Origin: Dehalococcoidia bacterium
GTDB taxonomy: Bacteria > Chloroflexota > Dehalococcoidia > Lucifugimonadales > UBA1123
DNA: 64,000 bases
Direction of reading: 5' to 3'
Assembly: GCA_965202965.1 (NCBI GenBank)
Contig: OZ241888.1
Span: 876,653-940,652 of the forward strand
How positions within the stretch are numbered: the stretch's first letter is position 1; every line of letters starts with the position of its first letter. Made by a program: the position numbers and the translations under genes. The notes under the pieces are model-generated. The model had not been told where the DNA came from. It ran no database searches and was given only the letters and a program-made list of their open reading frames with translations. Shown in pieces: positions 44,380 to 52,400 of this stretch.

Positions 44380-45069
44380 ATGCCCAATTACACAGTATCT
44401 GAAGAAGGGTCGTACAGGTCCGTGATGGTTGAGCTCGACCGAGGGGAGCGGTTCACGTCTGAGGCCGGAGTGATGTTCCGCGCTTCTGACAACATTGAAA
44501 TTGACGTTACGACCAGAAGTCGAGGCGGCGGAGGTCTCATGAGCGGTGTCAGGCGGATGATGTCGGGCGAGAGTTTCTTCCTGTCAACTTACAGGACCAG
44601 GGACGGCGGCCCGGGCGAGGTTGGACTTGCGCCAACCTTGGCGGGGGACGTGGTCGTTATCGAGTGTACGGGCATCGGAGGCTGGCTGTGCGCCGGTGGA
44701 AGCTATCTGGGTTCATCGAACGGACTCAGTATAGACACCCAGTTTCAGGGATTCAGAGGAATGTTTTCGGGCGAGTCGCTGTTTTTCCTGGATATAGAGG
44801 GCAGGGGCGAGTTGCTGGTGAGCGCGTTTGGGAGTGTGAAGGAGGTCGAAGTAGATGGCGCGCTCATAGTGGACACCGGGCATCTGGTTGCGTTCGAGGA
44901 CTCGCTGGAATATACGGTTCGCAGGGCGTCGGGAAGTTGGCTGCAGTCCTTCCTGTCCAGCGAGGGCGCCGCTATGCATTTTTCGGGCCATGGGAAAGTG
45001 TATCTCCAGAGCCACAATCCAGACCAGTTCGGCCAGACTTTGGGCGGACTGATGCCGCCCAGGAGTTAG
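44380..45069 (+). CDS. AIM24/DUF124 family protein, paralog 2
   Basis: Same architecture as paralog 1: SEAGVMFRAS...SGESFF...SGESLFF...VDTGHLVAF...VYLQS. Confidence 0.8.
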   Translation: MPNYTVSEEGSYRSVMVELDRGERFTSEAGVMFRASDNIEIDVTTRSRGGGGLMSGVRRMMSGESFFLSTYRTRDGGPGEVGLAPTLAGDVVVIECTGIGGWLCAGGSYLGSSNGLSIDTQFQGFRGMFSGESLFFLDIEGRGELLVSAFGSVKEVEVDGALIVDTGHLVAFEDSLEYTVRRASGSWLQSFLSSEGAAMHFSGHGKVYLQSHNPDQFGQTLGGLMPPRS

Positions 45070-45753
45070 ATGATGGAGTACACGATTCAGTCCCAGCCGA
45101 GTTACAGCTTATTGGAGGCCACGCTCGCCGAAGGAGAGACCATTGTGGCGGAGTCGGGGGCGATGACCTGGATGAGCGGCGATATTCGCATGACGACCTC
45201 CACGCGGGGCGGAGTAGTAAGTGGGCTTGGAAGGACTGTCCTAGGCGGCGAAAGTTTCTTCCAGAACACGTTCCAGGCCGAAGGGGACGGCGGAATGGTT
45301 GGCCTGGCGCCCGGCCAGCCCGGAGACATAGTCGCTCACGAGATGAGTGGCGGCACGGAGTTGTATCTCGAAAAGAGCGCCTACCTCGCTTCGGAAGAGA
45401 GCGTTAATATAAACACCGACTTTCAGGGCTTGAGCGGTCTGTTCAATGAGGGACTATTCATCCTTCGCGCTTCCGGCAGCGGAATGCTCTTCTTCAATGC
45501 CTATGGCGACGTCGAAGAGGTGGACGTGGATGGCGCGTATCGCGTTGACAATGGCCACGCGGTTGCCTGGGAGCCAACCCTGGACTACCAGATAATACGA
45601 GGCGGACGCGGTATCCGCTCGTTCCTGTTCTCGGATCAGCTGATTCTGCGTTTCACCGGACATGGCAAGTTGTGGGTGCAATCGAGAAACCCACGTTCGC
45701 TGGCGAGTTGGGTCTTCCCGTTCAGGCCGCAAGCCAGCAGTAGTGGGAACTAA
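45070..45753 (+). CDS. AIM24/DUF124 family protein, paralog 3
   Basis: MMEYTIQSQPSYSLLEATL...AESGAMTWMS...GGESFF...VDNGHAVAW...LWVQS. The start abuts the stop of paralog 2. Confidence 0.8.
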   Translation: MMEYTIQSQPSYSLLEATLAEGETIVAESGAMTWMSGDIRMTTSTRGGVVSGLGRTVLGGESFFQNTFQAEGDGGMVGLAPGQPGDIVAHEMSGGTELYLEKSAYLASEESVNINTDFQGLSGLFNEGLFILRASGSGMLFFNAYGDVEEVDVDGAYRVDNGHAVAWEPTLDYQIIRGGRGIRSFLFSDQLILRFTGHGKLWVQSRNPRSLASWVFPFRPQASSSGN

Positions 45754-45785
45754 AAATGCCCCTCCGTTTTTTAGGAGGGGCATTT
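45754..45785. terminator. Bidirectional rho-independent terminator candidate between convergent genes
   Basis: aaatgcccctcc-gtttttta-ggaggggcattt is a 12-bp perfect stem with A/T runs on both sides. Confidence 0.7.
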
Positions 45786-45812
45786 GGAAGCTAACGCAGG
45801 TTGGGCGTAGTC

Positions 45813-46913
45813 TTAGACTCTTGTTCTGAAGTCCGAGTTGAGGGACACGAGTCCACGGTGAATGTCGTCCACCGTGCGGCATCCGCAGTAGGCCATCGCG
45901 CGGTCGAACTCTGTGCGCATAATGTCCAGCATCTGGCGCACGCCCGCTTCGCCGCCATTCGCCAGACCCCAGAATAGAGGCCGTCCCACGAACACGCCCC
46001 GAGCTCCGAGGGCAATGGCCTTGAGGGCATCCATTCCGCGACGCACGCCGGAATCGAGATAGACTTCCAGATTGTCGCCAACGGCGTCGGCGATTTCGGG
46101 CAGGGTCTCGATGCTGGAACGGGTGCAGTCAAGCTGCCTTCCGCCGTGGTTGGATACGACGATTGCGTCAGCGCCGTATTCGGCGCACATTACCGCGTCC
46201 TCGAGAGTCCTGATGCCCTTGATGACGAGCGGGAGACCGGTAAGGTTTCTGAGCCAGTCGAGACGTTCCCAGGTGAGTCCGGTGAATTCGGGCGGCTCCC
46301 AGTCCATCATGTCGGGGATGCCGACGCTTCTTCGCATTATCAGGTCGCTGCGATCAACCGGACGCAACAGGCTGCCCCAATAGAGGCCAGGAGTAGGCAT
46401 ATGCGCGTTCCTGACGTCGCGCTCCTTCGGGCTTGGGGCGGGTGTGTCTATGGTGAGGCAGATAGCCTTGTATCCCGCGGCTTTGGCCCTGGTTACGAGT
46501 AGTTCGGACACATCGTCATCGAAGTGGTATAGCTGGAACCAGAGCGGCCCGGTCGCCACATTCGCGACCTCCTCGATGCTGTAACCCGATCCTGTCGGGA
46601 GAGTGTAGAGGGTGCCCATCGCCCCGGCGGCGGCGGCCGTCGCGCACTCTCCGTCGGGATGCACGTCGCGCTGGCTTCCGGCGGGGGCGACCATCACGGG
46701 AAAGTCTATCTTTTCCCCAAGCACTTCGATAGAAGAGTCCCGATTTCCGACGTCCACGAGGAAGCGAGGATTTACGGTGATCTCGTCGAAGGCTTCACGG
46801 TTTCTGCGAACCGTTATTTCATCTGCGGCTCCGGCATCCACAAAAGTCCACTTGTGGTGGGGCATGACTTGTTCCGCCATAGCTTCAAGGTCGAATAGTG
46901 ATACCGGATTCAT
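45813..46913 (-). CDS. FMN-dependent alpha-hydroxy-acid dehydrogenase/oxidase (L-lactate dehydrogenase/glycolate oxidase family)
   Basis: SNHGGRQLD signature, PLVIKGI, and a TIM-barrel FMN_dh layout. Confidence 0.9.
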   Translation of the reverse strand: MNPVSLFDLEAMAEQVMPHHKWTFVDAGAADEITVRRNREAFDEITVNPRFLVDVGNRDSSIEVLGEKIDFPVMVAPAGSQRDVHPDGECATAAAAGAMGTLYTLPTGSGYSIEEVANVATGPLWFQLYHFDDDVSELLVTRAKAAGYKAICLTIDTPAPSPKERDVRNAHMPTPGLYWGSLLRPVDRSDLIMRRSVGIPDMMDWEPPEFTGLTWERLDWLRNLTGLPLVIKGIRTLEDAVMCAEYGADAIVVSNHGGRQLDCTRSSIETLPEIADAVGDNLEVYLDSGVRRGMDALKAIALGARGVFVGRPLFWGLANGGEAGVRQMLDIMRTEFDRAMAYCGCRTVDDIHRGLVSLNSDFRTRV

Positions 46914-47103
46914 CGTAGATGTAACCTCCTGAAAATTGTCCGCAGGATATAATGAACAGTTTTTCAGTAGATTGCAAGCCTATTTTGAGCTAATTCTAAG
47001 AAGCGAACACCCCCGGAAATGCCATTCCGAGGGTGTTCTAACTCTTTTCTGTTACCAAGCCCGTTGGTATCGGTCGAATAGGGACAGAGATCGGGGATTC
47101 CGG

Positions 47104-48234
47104 CTAGACTGCCAACGCTCCGATCTTCTCGTATTCACCCTTGACGATTGGCCTCGGATCTACTTCGAGCCAGTCTTCCAGTATTTCGGTATAGACGCTG
47201 CGGAAGTCGAGGTTGAAGGCGAGGTCGCCTTCGACGAGTTTGTCGGGGTCGAGCGATGGGTATTCGCTGTAGTTGCCGCCATTCACGCCGTCGCCGATCA
47301 TGAAGGCTACGCCTCCGGAGCCATGGTCGGTGCCGTTGCCGTTGTCCTTGACGCGCCTTCCGAACTCAGAGAATACGAAGATCAGCACGTCTTCGCTGGC
47401 GTCATGCTCCTTCAGGTCTGTGTAGAGGTCGTAGATTCCGCCAGCGACGTGTCCCCAAAGCGTCTTGTGGAGCGCGACTTCGTTGGTATGCGTGTCAAAA
47501 CTTCCATGCTGGGTGTAGCAGATGCGGGTACCGATGTCGGCGGTCAGCACCTGTGCGGTGTCTCTGGCTCGCTGGGCGAAGGGATTGGACGCATATTCGA
47601 CATTCGAGGAGTACATATCGGGCACGCTGCTAAGTATGTCGGAGCCTTTCAGCGCGTCCAGACCTGTCTGGCTGAGGAAGTCCATCACGGGGCCGCTACC
47701 GATGGCGTGGGTGTACATGTTGCGGAAGGCTTCGAGGGCCTCCGTTCGCTGGTCTCCACCGTCCATGTGGTTGAGAAGGCCGTAGCTGCTGAGATCAGAT
47801 ACCGACGCAACGGGCGCGTTCTTTGCTACGAGCGCCCTGGGCAGAGCGGCGCTGAAGTTAACGGCGGCGACTACGTTATCGGCGTCCGGGTGCATTTCGC
47901 GCACCGCCTGGCCGAGCCAGCCTTCGTCGCCAACCTTTGTGGGTTCGGCGGTATGCCAGATGTCCATGGATCGGAAGTGGGACCTGTTGGGCACCGGATA
48001 GCCCACGCCGTGGATTATCGCAACCTTGCCGTCATCGTAGAGTTCTTTGATTGGTCCCATGGCGGGGTTGAACCCATACTGATCGTCCAACGGGATCACA
48101 TCTTCCTGCTCGATACGGACGTTGGGCCGGTTGTCAATGTATTCCGAGTTGGTGTAAGGCACGACGCAGTTCAGGTAGTCGTTGCCCCCGGAGAGTTGCA
48201 CCACGACCAGTTTTCTGTTCTTCGCTTCACCCAT
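47104..48234 (-). CDS. DUF1501 protein, cassette 2; no Tat/Sec signal
   Basis: LVVVQLSGGNDYLNCVVPY, GYPVPNRSHFRSMDIWHTA and GTDHGSGG motifs. The start is set at MGEAKNRK, with an AGGAGG RBS 9 nt upstream. It is about two-thirds identical by eye to 33473-34606. Confidence 0.85.
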   Translation of the reverse strand: MGEAKNRKLVVVQLSGGNDYLNCVVPYTNSEYIDNRPNVRIEQEDVIPLDDQYGFNPAMGPIKELYDDGKVAIIHGVGYPVPNRSHFRSMDIWHTAEPTKVGDEGWLGQAVREMHPDADNVVAAVNFSAALPRALVAKNAPVASVSDLSSYGLLNHMDGGDQRTEALEAFRNMYTHAIGSGPVMDFLSQTGLDALKGSDILSSVPDMYSSNVEYASNPFAQRARDTAQVLTADIGTRICYTQHGSFDTHTNEVALHKTLWGHVAGGIYDLYTDLKEHDASEDVLIFVFSEFGRRVKDNGNGTDHGSGGVAFMIGDGVNGGNYSEYPSLDPDKLVEGDLAFNLDFRSVYTEILEDWLEVDPRPIVKGEYEKIGALAV

Positions 48235-48293
48235 ACCGATTTTGCCTCCTGTCGGTTGTCGGATCATAGGTTAACAAATTTCAAGTCTGGTAT

Positions 48294-48671
48294 CTATACG
48301 GCGAATTCTCTTTCCAGCCTGCCCATGAACTCTTTCGCGTCTTCTATACCATCCCGGACTGCCTCATCATCCATCCAGTCCTCATAAAAGTTGACGTGCA
48401 GGCTGTTCATGGTTCTGAACATAGCCCGCATTCCACCAGGGTCGTCAGACTCTCCCGATAGACGCCTGACAACGCGGAACAAGTCCCTGTGCGAGCTGTT
48501 CCGCCATCCCCGCTGCTTGGCGATGGATTTCAGATAATGAGCCGCCGCTCCCCAGGCCATTTCAGAAGCCTCCGGCATATTGCCCTTTTCAAATAATTCA
48601 TCAGCATACGGAATGAATCTCTGACTGAGTTCCCAGTGTCTTTCGGGAAGCGTTATCCGATATTCTTGCAA
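48294..48671 (-). CDS. PaREP1-like (HEPN-superfamily-like) helical protein, copy b
   Basis: 125 aa. EKGNMPEASEMAWGAAAHYLKSIAKQRGW...SLHVNFYEDW matches my recollection of the PaREP1 pattern (K.A.E..W.AA....A......LH.NFYE). Confidence 0.5.
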   Translation of the reverse strand: MQEYRITLPERHWELSQRFIPYADELFEKGNMPEASEMAWGAAAHYLKSIAKQRGWRNSSHRDLFRVVRRLSGESDDPGGMRAMFRTMNSLHVNFYEDWMDDEAVRDGIEDAKEFMGRLEREFAV

Positions 48672-49025
48672 CTACGCCTTCTCCAGCATGGCTATCAGAT
48701 CTTTAGCTTCCTCTATTCCGTCTCTTACAAACACATCCTCGAACCAGTCCTCGTAGGCGTTGGCATGAAGGCCGGTCATACGCAGGAACAGGGTACGCAT
48801 ATGGCGAGGATTGTCGCACTCTTTTGACAGGCGAGTGAGAACGTGAGACAGATCTCGGTATGTTTTATGTTCCCAGCCACGCTGTTCCGCAATAGCATCC
48901 AGATAGTATTCCACGGCATCCCACGCGCTCTTGGACGCCTTCGGCATATCGCCGTTCTGGAAATGCTTCTCGGCTTGCCGAATGAATGTCTGTCCGGTCT
49001 GCGTCTGTTGTTCTGCGAGAGTCAT
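48672..49025 (-). CDS. PaREP1-like (HEPN-superfamily-like) helical protein, copy a
   Basis: 117 aa, paralog of copy b (QNGDMPKASKSAWDAVEYYLDAIAEQRGW...GLHANAYEDW). The start overlaps the NHL gene stop by 4 nt and the stop abuts the start of copy b. Confidence 0.5.
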   Translation of the reverse strand: MTLAEQQTQTGQTFIRQAEKHFQNGDMPKASKSAWDAVEYYLDAIAEQRGWEHKTYRDLSHVLTRLSKECDNPRHMRTLFLRMTGLHANAYEDWFEDVFVRDGIEEAKDLIAMLEKA

Positions 49026-50047
49026 GCGAACGCCTTTTCGTACACCTGGAAGCGGTGGCGGCTGGTCTCCAGGACATAGACCCGCTCCTGGTCGTCGAGG
49101 GCGATCCTTACGGGGTCCCAGAAGTAGGGTTCGATTCTGGCTGAGACCTCGTTCTGGTCGTCGGTGTCCACCTCGAATACGGGGACGAACTTGGAGCGCG
49201 CTTCGAGTTCGTCTGCGTTTGCGTTGAGGTATTCAACCGCCCAGGAACCTAGTATCGCGTCGCCGCGAAGCGACTGGATGAAGTTGCCCTCCGAGTCCAG
49301 GGCCTGGACTCGCTGATTTCCCCAGTCGGCGACGTACATATTGCCGTCGGAATCCACTGCCAGACCAGAAGGACGGTTGAACTGGCCTTCCCCGTCGCCG
49401 GACTCGCCGAACTTGGCGACGAATTCGCCATCCTGCGTGAATTTCTGGATACGGTCGTTGCGCCAGTCGGCGACGTACAGGAATCCCTCGCTGTCCTGGC
49501 TGATTCCCCAGGGGAGATCGAATTCACCGTCTCCACTGCCCGGGCCACCCCACTTGTCGAGGAACTGCCCATCCTTAGTGAACTTCTGGATTCTGTTGTT
49601 GCGGTGGTCAACCAGGAGCAGGTTGTCGTCCGCGTCGAACAGCAGGCCGGATATGCCATCGAATTCTCCGTCCGCCGCGCCTTGTGTTCCCCACGTACCG
49701 GTCACGCTGCCATCGCGGTTATACACGGTGATTCGCTGGAGGAAGTCGTCGGCGAGATAGAGATTGTCCTCGCTGTCGAGCGCGAGCGCGGAAGGCCAGA
49801 TCATGTTGCCCGCTTGACTGCCATACGCGCCCCACTGTCCGAAGAATTCGTGATCTATCGTCGCCATCTGAATGCCCACGATGTCGAGGGCAGTGGTGTT
49901 GCTGCGACTGGCGACGAAGATCCTCCCGTCGGAGCGAATCACGAAGTCGGTAGGCAGATGGAAACCGCGACCGCCCTGGTCGGCGACGAAGCCGACGGTG
50001 GTGACGGGTTTCAGGGTGAAGTTCTTTGTTCTTGTTTGTGTAACCAT
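49022..50047 (-). CDS. NHL-repeat six-bladed beta-propeller protein, cassette 2
   Basis: 341 aa, the same length as the cassette-1 NHL protein. LYVADWRNDRIQKF, MYVADWGNQRVQAL and LLLVDHRNNRIQKF units are present. Confidence 0.85.
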   Translation of the reverse strand: MVTQTRTKNFTLKPVTTVGFVADQGGRGFHLPTDFVIRSDGRIFVASRSNTTALDIVGIQMATIDHEFFGQWGAYGSQAGNMIWPSALALDSEDNLYLADDFLQRITVYNRDGSVTGTWGTQGAADGEFDGISGLLFDADDNLLLVDHRNNRIQKFTKDGQFLDKWGGPGSGDGEFDLPWGISQDSEGFLYVADWRNDRIQKFTQDGEFVAKFGESGDGEGQFNRPSGLAVDSDGNMYVADWGNQRVQALDSEGNFIQSLRGDAILGSWAVEYLNANADELEARSKFVPVFEVDTDDQNEVSARIEPYFWDPVRIALDDQERVYVLETSRHRFQVYEKAFA

Positions 50048-50072
50048 AGTGCAATCCTCGGTCTTTGGCGCG

Positions 50073-51530
50073 TTAGGCCAGTTGGTACTCCTGCGTAGTC
50101 ACCACCAACTGAATCAGCGTCACGATATTCTTCTCAGCCTCGAGAGCGGATTCGGCTTCAGCGAAGTCAAAGTCGCCCCACTTGGAGGCGTATTCAACGA
50201 GGCCCTGCCGGGTACTGTCCAGGACGGGGAGCGGGCCGAGAATGTCCAGGACGGCGTCAACGACACGCTCGGCGGACATGGGCTGGCCGCCGGACATGGC
50301 TTCGATGCGCTCGATTATGGCGCGGATGCCGCTCTTGTCCGGGCTGTTGAGTACGAGGCTGGCGAAGTTGACGCGCTGCACGTAGGAGCCGGTGTTTATC
50401 CACTCGCTGCCGCCCTGCCAGCCTTCCACGCTCGGCGGATTCAGCAGTCCCTGGCCCATTGCGGCGCAGGCCCCGGCGGCGGCGTAGGTGTCGGTGGAGG
50501 GCAGAGAGATGGGACCGGCGATTCTGAGGGTGCCGACGACCATCTCAGCCGGGCTCTTGATGCGGGCGAAGCGGGAGGCTTCGGTCTTGAAGAAGTCAGA
50601 GTTGAACATGGCCCTCAGCATTGCGGTCATGTCGTAACCGGAGTCGAAGTACGCCTGCGCCATCATCTCTATGGCTTCGGGGTCCTTGGGCTCGAAGTGC
50701 GGCCACTGTGGAACCGGAAGCTCGTCGGCAACGAAGAAGTGGTAGAGGTGGCGCGCTATGAACCGCGCGGTGGCGGGCTGGCGGCAGATGATGTCAACGA
50801 CGTCCTCGCCGTTGAAGTCGCCGACCTCGCCCAGGAAGCGCTTGTCTTCGTGGTCGTGGTCATCGTCGTCGTACTCGAACTGCCAAGCGATATAGCCGTA
50901 GGGCCGCGCGGTGTTGTTGCGCATCTTGATGGACATATAGTCGGGGTTGACGACGCGCCAGCCGGTGAAGGCGCGGGAGCACTCTTTGATGTCGTCCTCG
51001 GTGTAGTTGCCGACTCCCATGGAGAAGAGCTCGAGTATCTCGCGTCCGTAGTTTTCGTTGATGGACTCTTTGTGGTTGTCCTGGTTGTCGAGCCACATCA
51101 GCATCGCGGGGTCCCGGGACAGTTGGACGAGCAGGTCACGGAAGCTGCCCATTCCGTATTCGCGGAACATATCTACTTGGTTCGTGACCATTCGGGCTTG
51201 TATCAGCTTGGTGGCGGCGGTGGCGAAGACGCGGTGCCAGAAGAGGCACATCTTTTCGGGCAGCACAGCGTCGGTGTTGACCATCCTGTAAACCCACTGG
51301 GCGGCGGCAGCCTGACCGTTGCGAAGGTCGGACTGGTCCACATGGTATCGGCGGATCAGGTCCACGGGCAGTTCGTTGGGTGCAGGTCGCTCGCTCAGAA
51401 GTTCCTCGACGGCTTCCTCGTAGCTCATGCCTGTATAGTAGTCGAGTTCTTTGGTGGTGGCCCCGAATCCGGCCCGCCTGAGCAGGTGTGCCATAAGCGC
51501 AACGTCTTGCTTCTCTTGAACGGTCGTCAT
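50073..51530 (-). CDS. DUF1800 family protein, cassette 2
   Basis: AHLLRRAGFGA, MCLFWHRVFAT and NENYGREILELFSMGVGNY motifs. It is colinear with 35704-37146. Confidence 0.8.
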   Translation of the reverse strand: MTTVQEKQDVALMAHLLRRAGFGATTKELDYYTGMSYEEAVEELLSERPAPNELPVDLIRRYHVDQSDLRNGQAAAAQWVYRMVNTDAVLPEKMCLFWHRVFATAATKLIQARMVTNQVDMFREYGMGSFRDLLVQLSRDPAMLMWLDNQDNHKESINENYGREILELFSMGVGNYTEDDIKECSRAFTGWRVVNPDYMSIKMRNNTARPYGYIAWQFEYDDDDHDHEDKRFLGEVGDFNGEDVVDIICRQPATARFIARHLYHFFVADELPVPQWPHFEPKDPEAIEMMAQAYFDSGYDMTAMLRAMFNSDFFKTEASRFARIKSPAEMVVGTLRIAGPISLPSTDTYAAAGACAAMGQGLLNPPSVEGWQGGSEWINTGSYVQRVNFASLVLNSPDKSGIRAIIERIEAMSGGQPMSAERVVDAVLDILGPLPVLDSTRQGLVEYASKWGDFDFAEAESALEAEKNIVTLIQLVVTTQEYQLA

Positions 51531-51632
51531 TCGCAGTCTCCTTGGCTCAATCTGGTGTCGCGGGGAGTATATCAGTTTTCAGTTTTTAGTTGTGAGTATT
51601 CAGTTTTCTTGGGAAGCATCATAAAAGTGGTT

Positions 51633-51670
51633 GGTCACCACCTTCCCCCGTCAAGGGGGAAGGGACTTTT
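51633..51670 (+). repeat. Family-A-related hairpin repeat (variant stem)
   Basis: ggtcaccaccttcccccgtcaagggggaagggactttt. It has the same flanks (tcacc...gggactttt) but a compensated stem, cttccccc/gggggaag. Confidence 0.6.
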
Positions 51671-52106
51671 GCGCTACCCAGTGGGCGGTCGTCTTATAGA
51701 CGCCCATCAGATATTTGACCTTCCGTTATCTTGATTGGAGATGTCGGGCGCTGGGCGAAATCGGGGTCGAAAATGGCGGGTCATATACTTTCGTTTATAA
51801 AGCGACAGGTGGGGACAGGTGGCTTGACTGGTGGGCAACAGGTGTTTAGAACACCAGCAATTGACCTGCAATCACCTGCATTAGCTACGGGGAAAATTTT
51901 TCGTTCCTCCGATATTGGTCCAGCATAACTGAGTATTTATGCATGTCGAAGTTCAGAATCATCGTCGAACATTCTCCGAAATTAGTTTGTATGTTCGCAT
52001 TATAGCGTATGCAGCGCACGGAAGATAGTCCTATGAGAAGCTAGCGAAAATTGCGTAAGCGCTATTACCTATCCGTCTATTCCCGGGAGTGGCAGGAGCC
52101 GAACCT

Positions 52107-52153
52107 GATCACCCTCACCCTAGCCCTCTCCCATCGAGGGAGAGGGGACTTTT
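52107..52153 (+). repeat. Family-A intergenic hairpin repeat, short form
   Basis: gatcaccctcaccctagccctctcccatcgagggagaggggactttt. Confidence 0.8.
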
Positions 52154-52211
52154 GCAGTCGTCTTAAACTAGGGAAGACTTTGGAAAGGTCCTGCCTTTCA
52201 GAATTCGTGTA

Positions 52212-52240
52212 TTGACACCTTTGGACATTGGCTTTATTAT
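52212..52240 (+). promoter_or_regulatory. Sigma70-like promoter candidate for the ABC transporter operon
   Basis: TTGACA (52212-52217), a 17-nt spacer, then TATTAT (52235-52240). This would give a leader of about 150 nt before the SBP start. Confidence 0.45.
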
Positions 52241-52400
52241 CCGCCGTACACATAGTCGGTATTTAGAGAGGTAATACCAATCCATTCTCAATTCACAGAT
52301 TGTCGGTTTGCTTTCCCTGAAGGGATTGCGTTTGCATTGTACGGATGACCTGTCTAAGAAGTGAGTCCAATCTCGGACGCTCGTGTACAAGGGGATGAAC

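Noticed and set aside
46936-48387. 483-aa plus-strand ORF
   Set aside because: It is antisense to the DUF1501 cassette-2 gene, whose product has clear family motifs. The antisense translation is Val/Gly/Ala/Arg-rich with no recognisable domain. This is a typical high-GC shadow ORF.
49872-51734. 620-aa plus-strand ORF
   Set aside because: It is antisense to the NHL and DUF1800 cassette-2 genes and spans their intergenic gap. It has low-complexity GC-rich composition and is a shadow ORF.
51731-51928. 65-aa ORF in the 850-bp spacer upstream of the ABC operon
   Set aside because: It has no RBS and no recognisable features, and it lies in an AT-rich regulatory spacer. It is probably non-coding.
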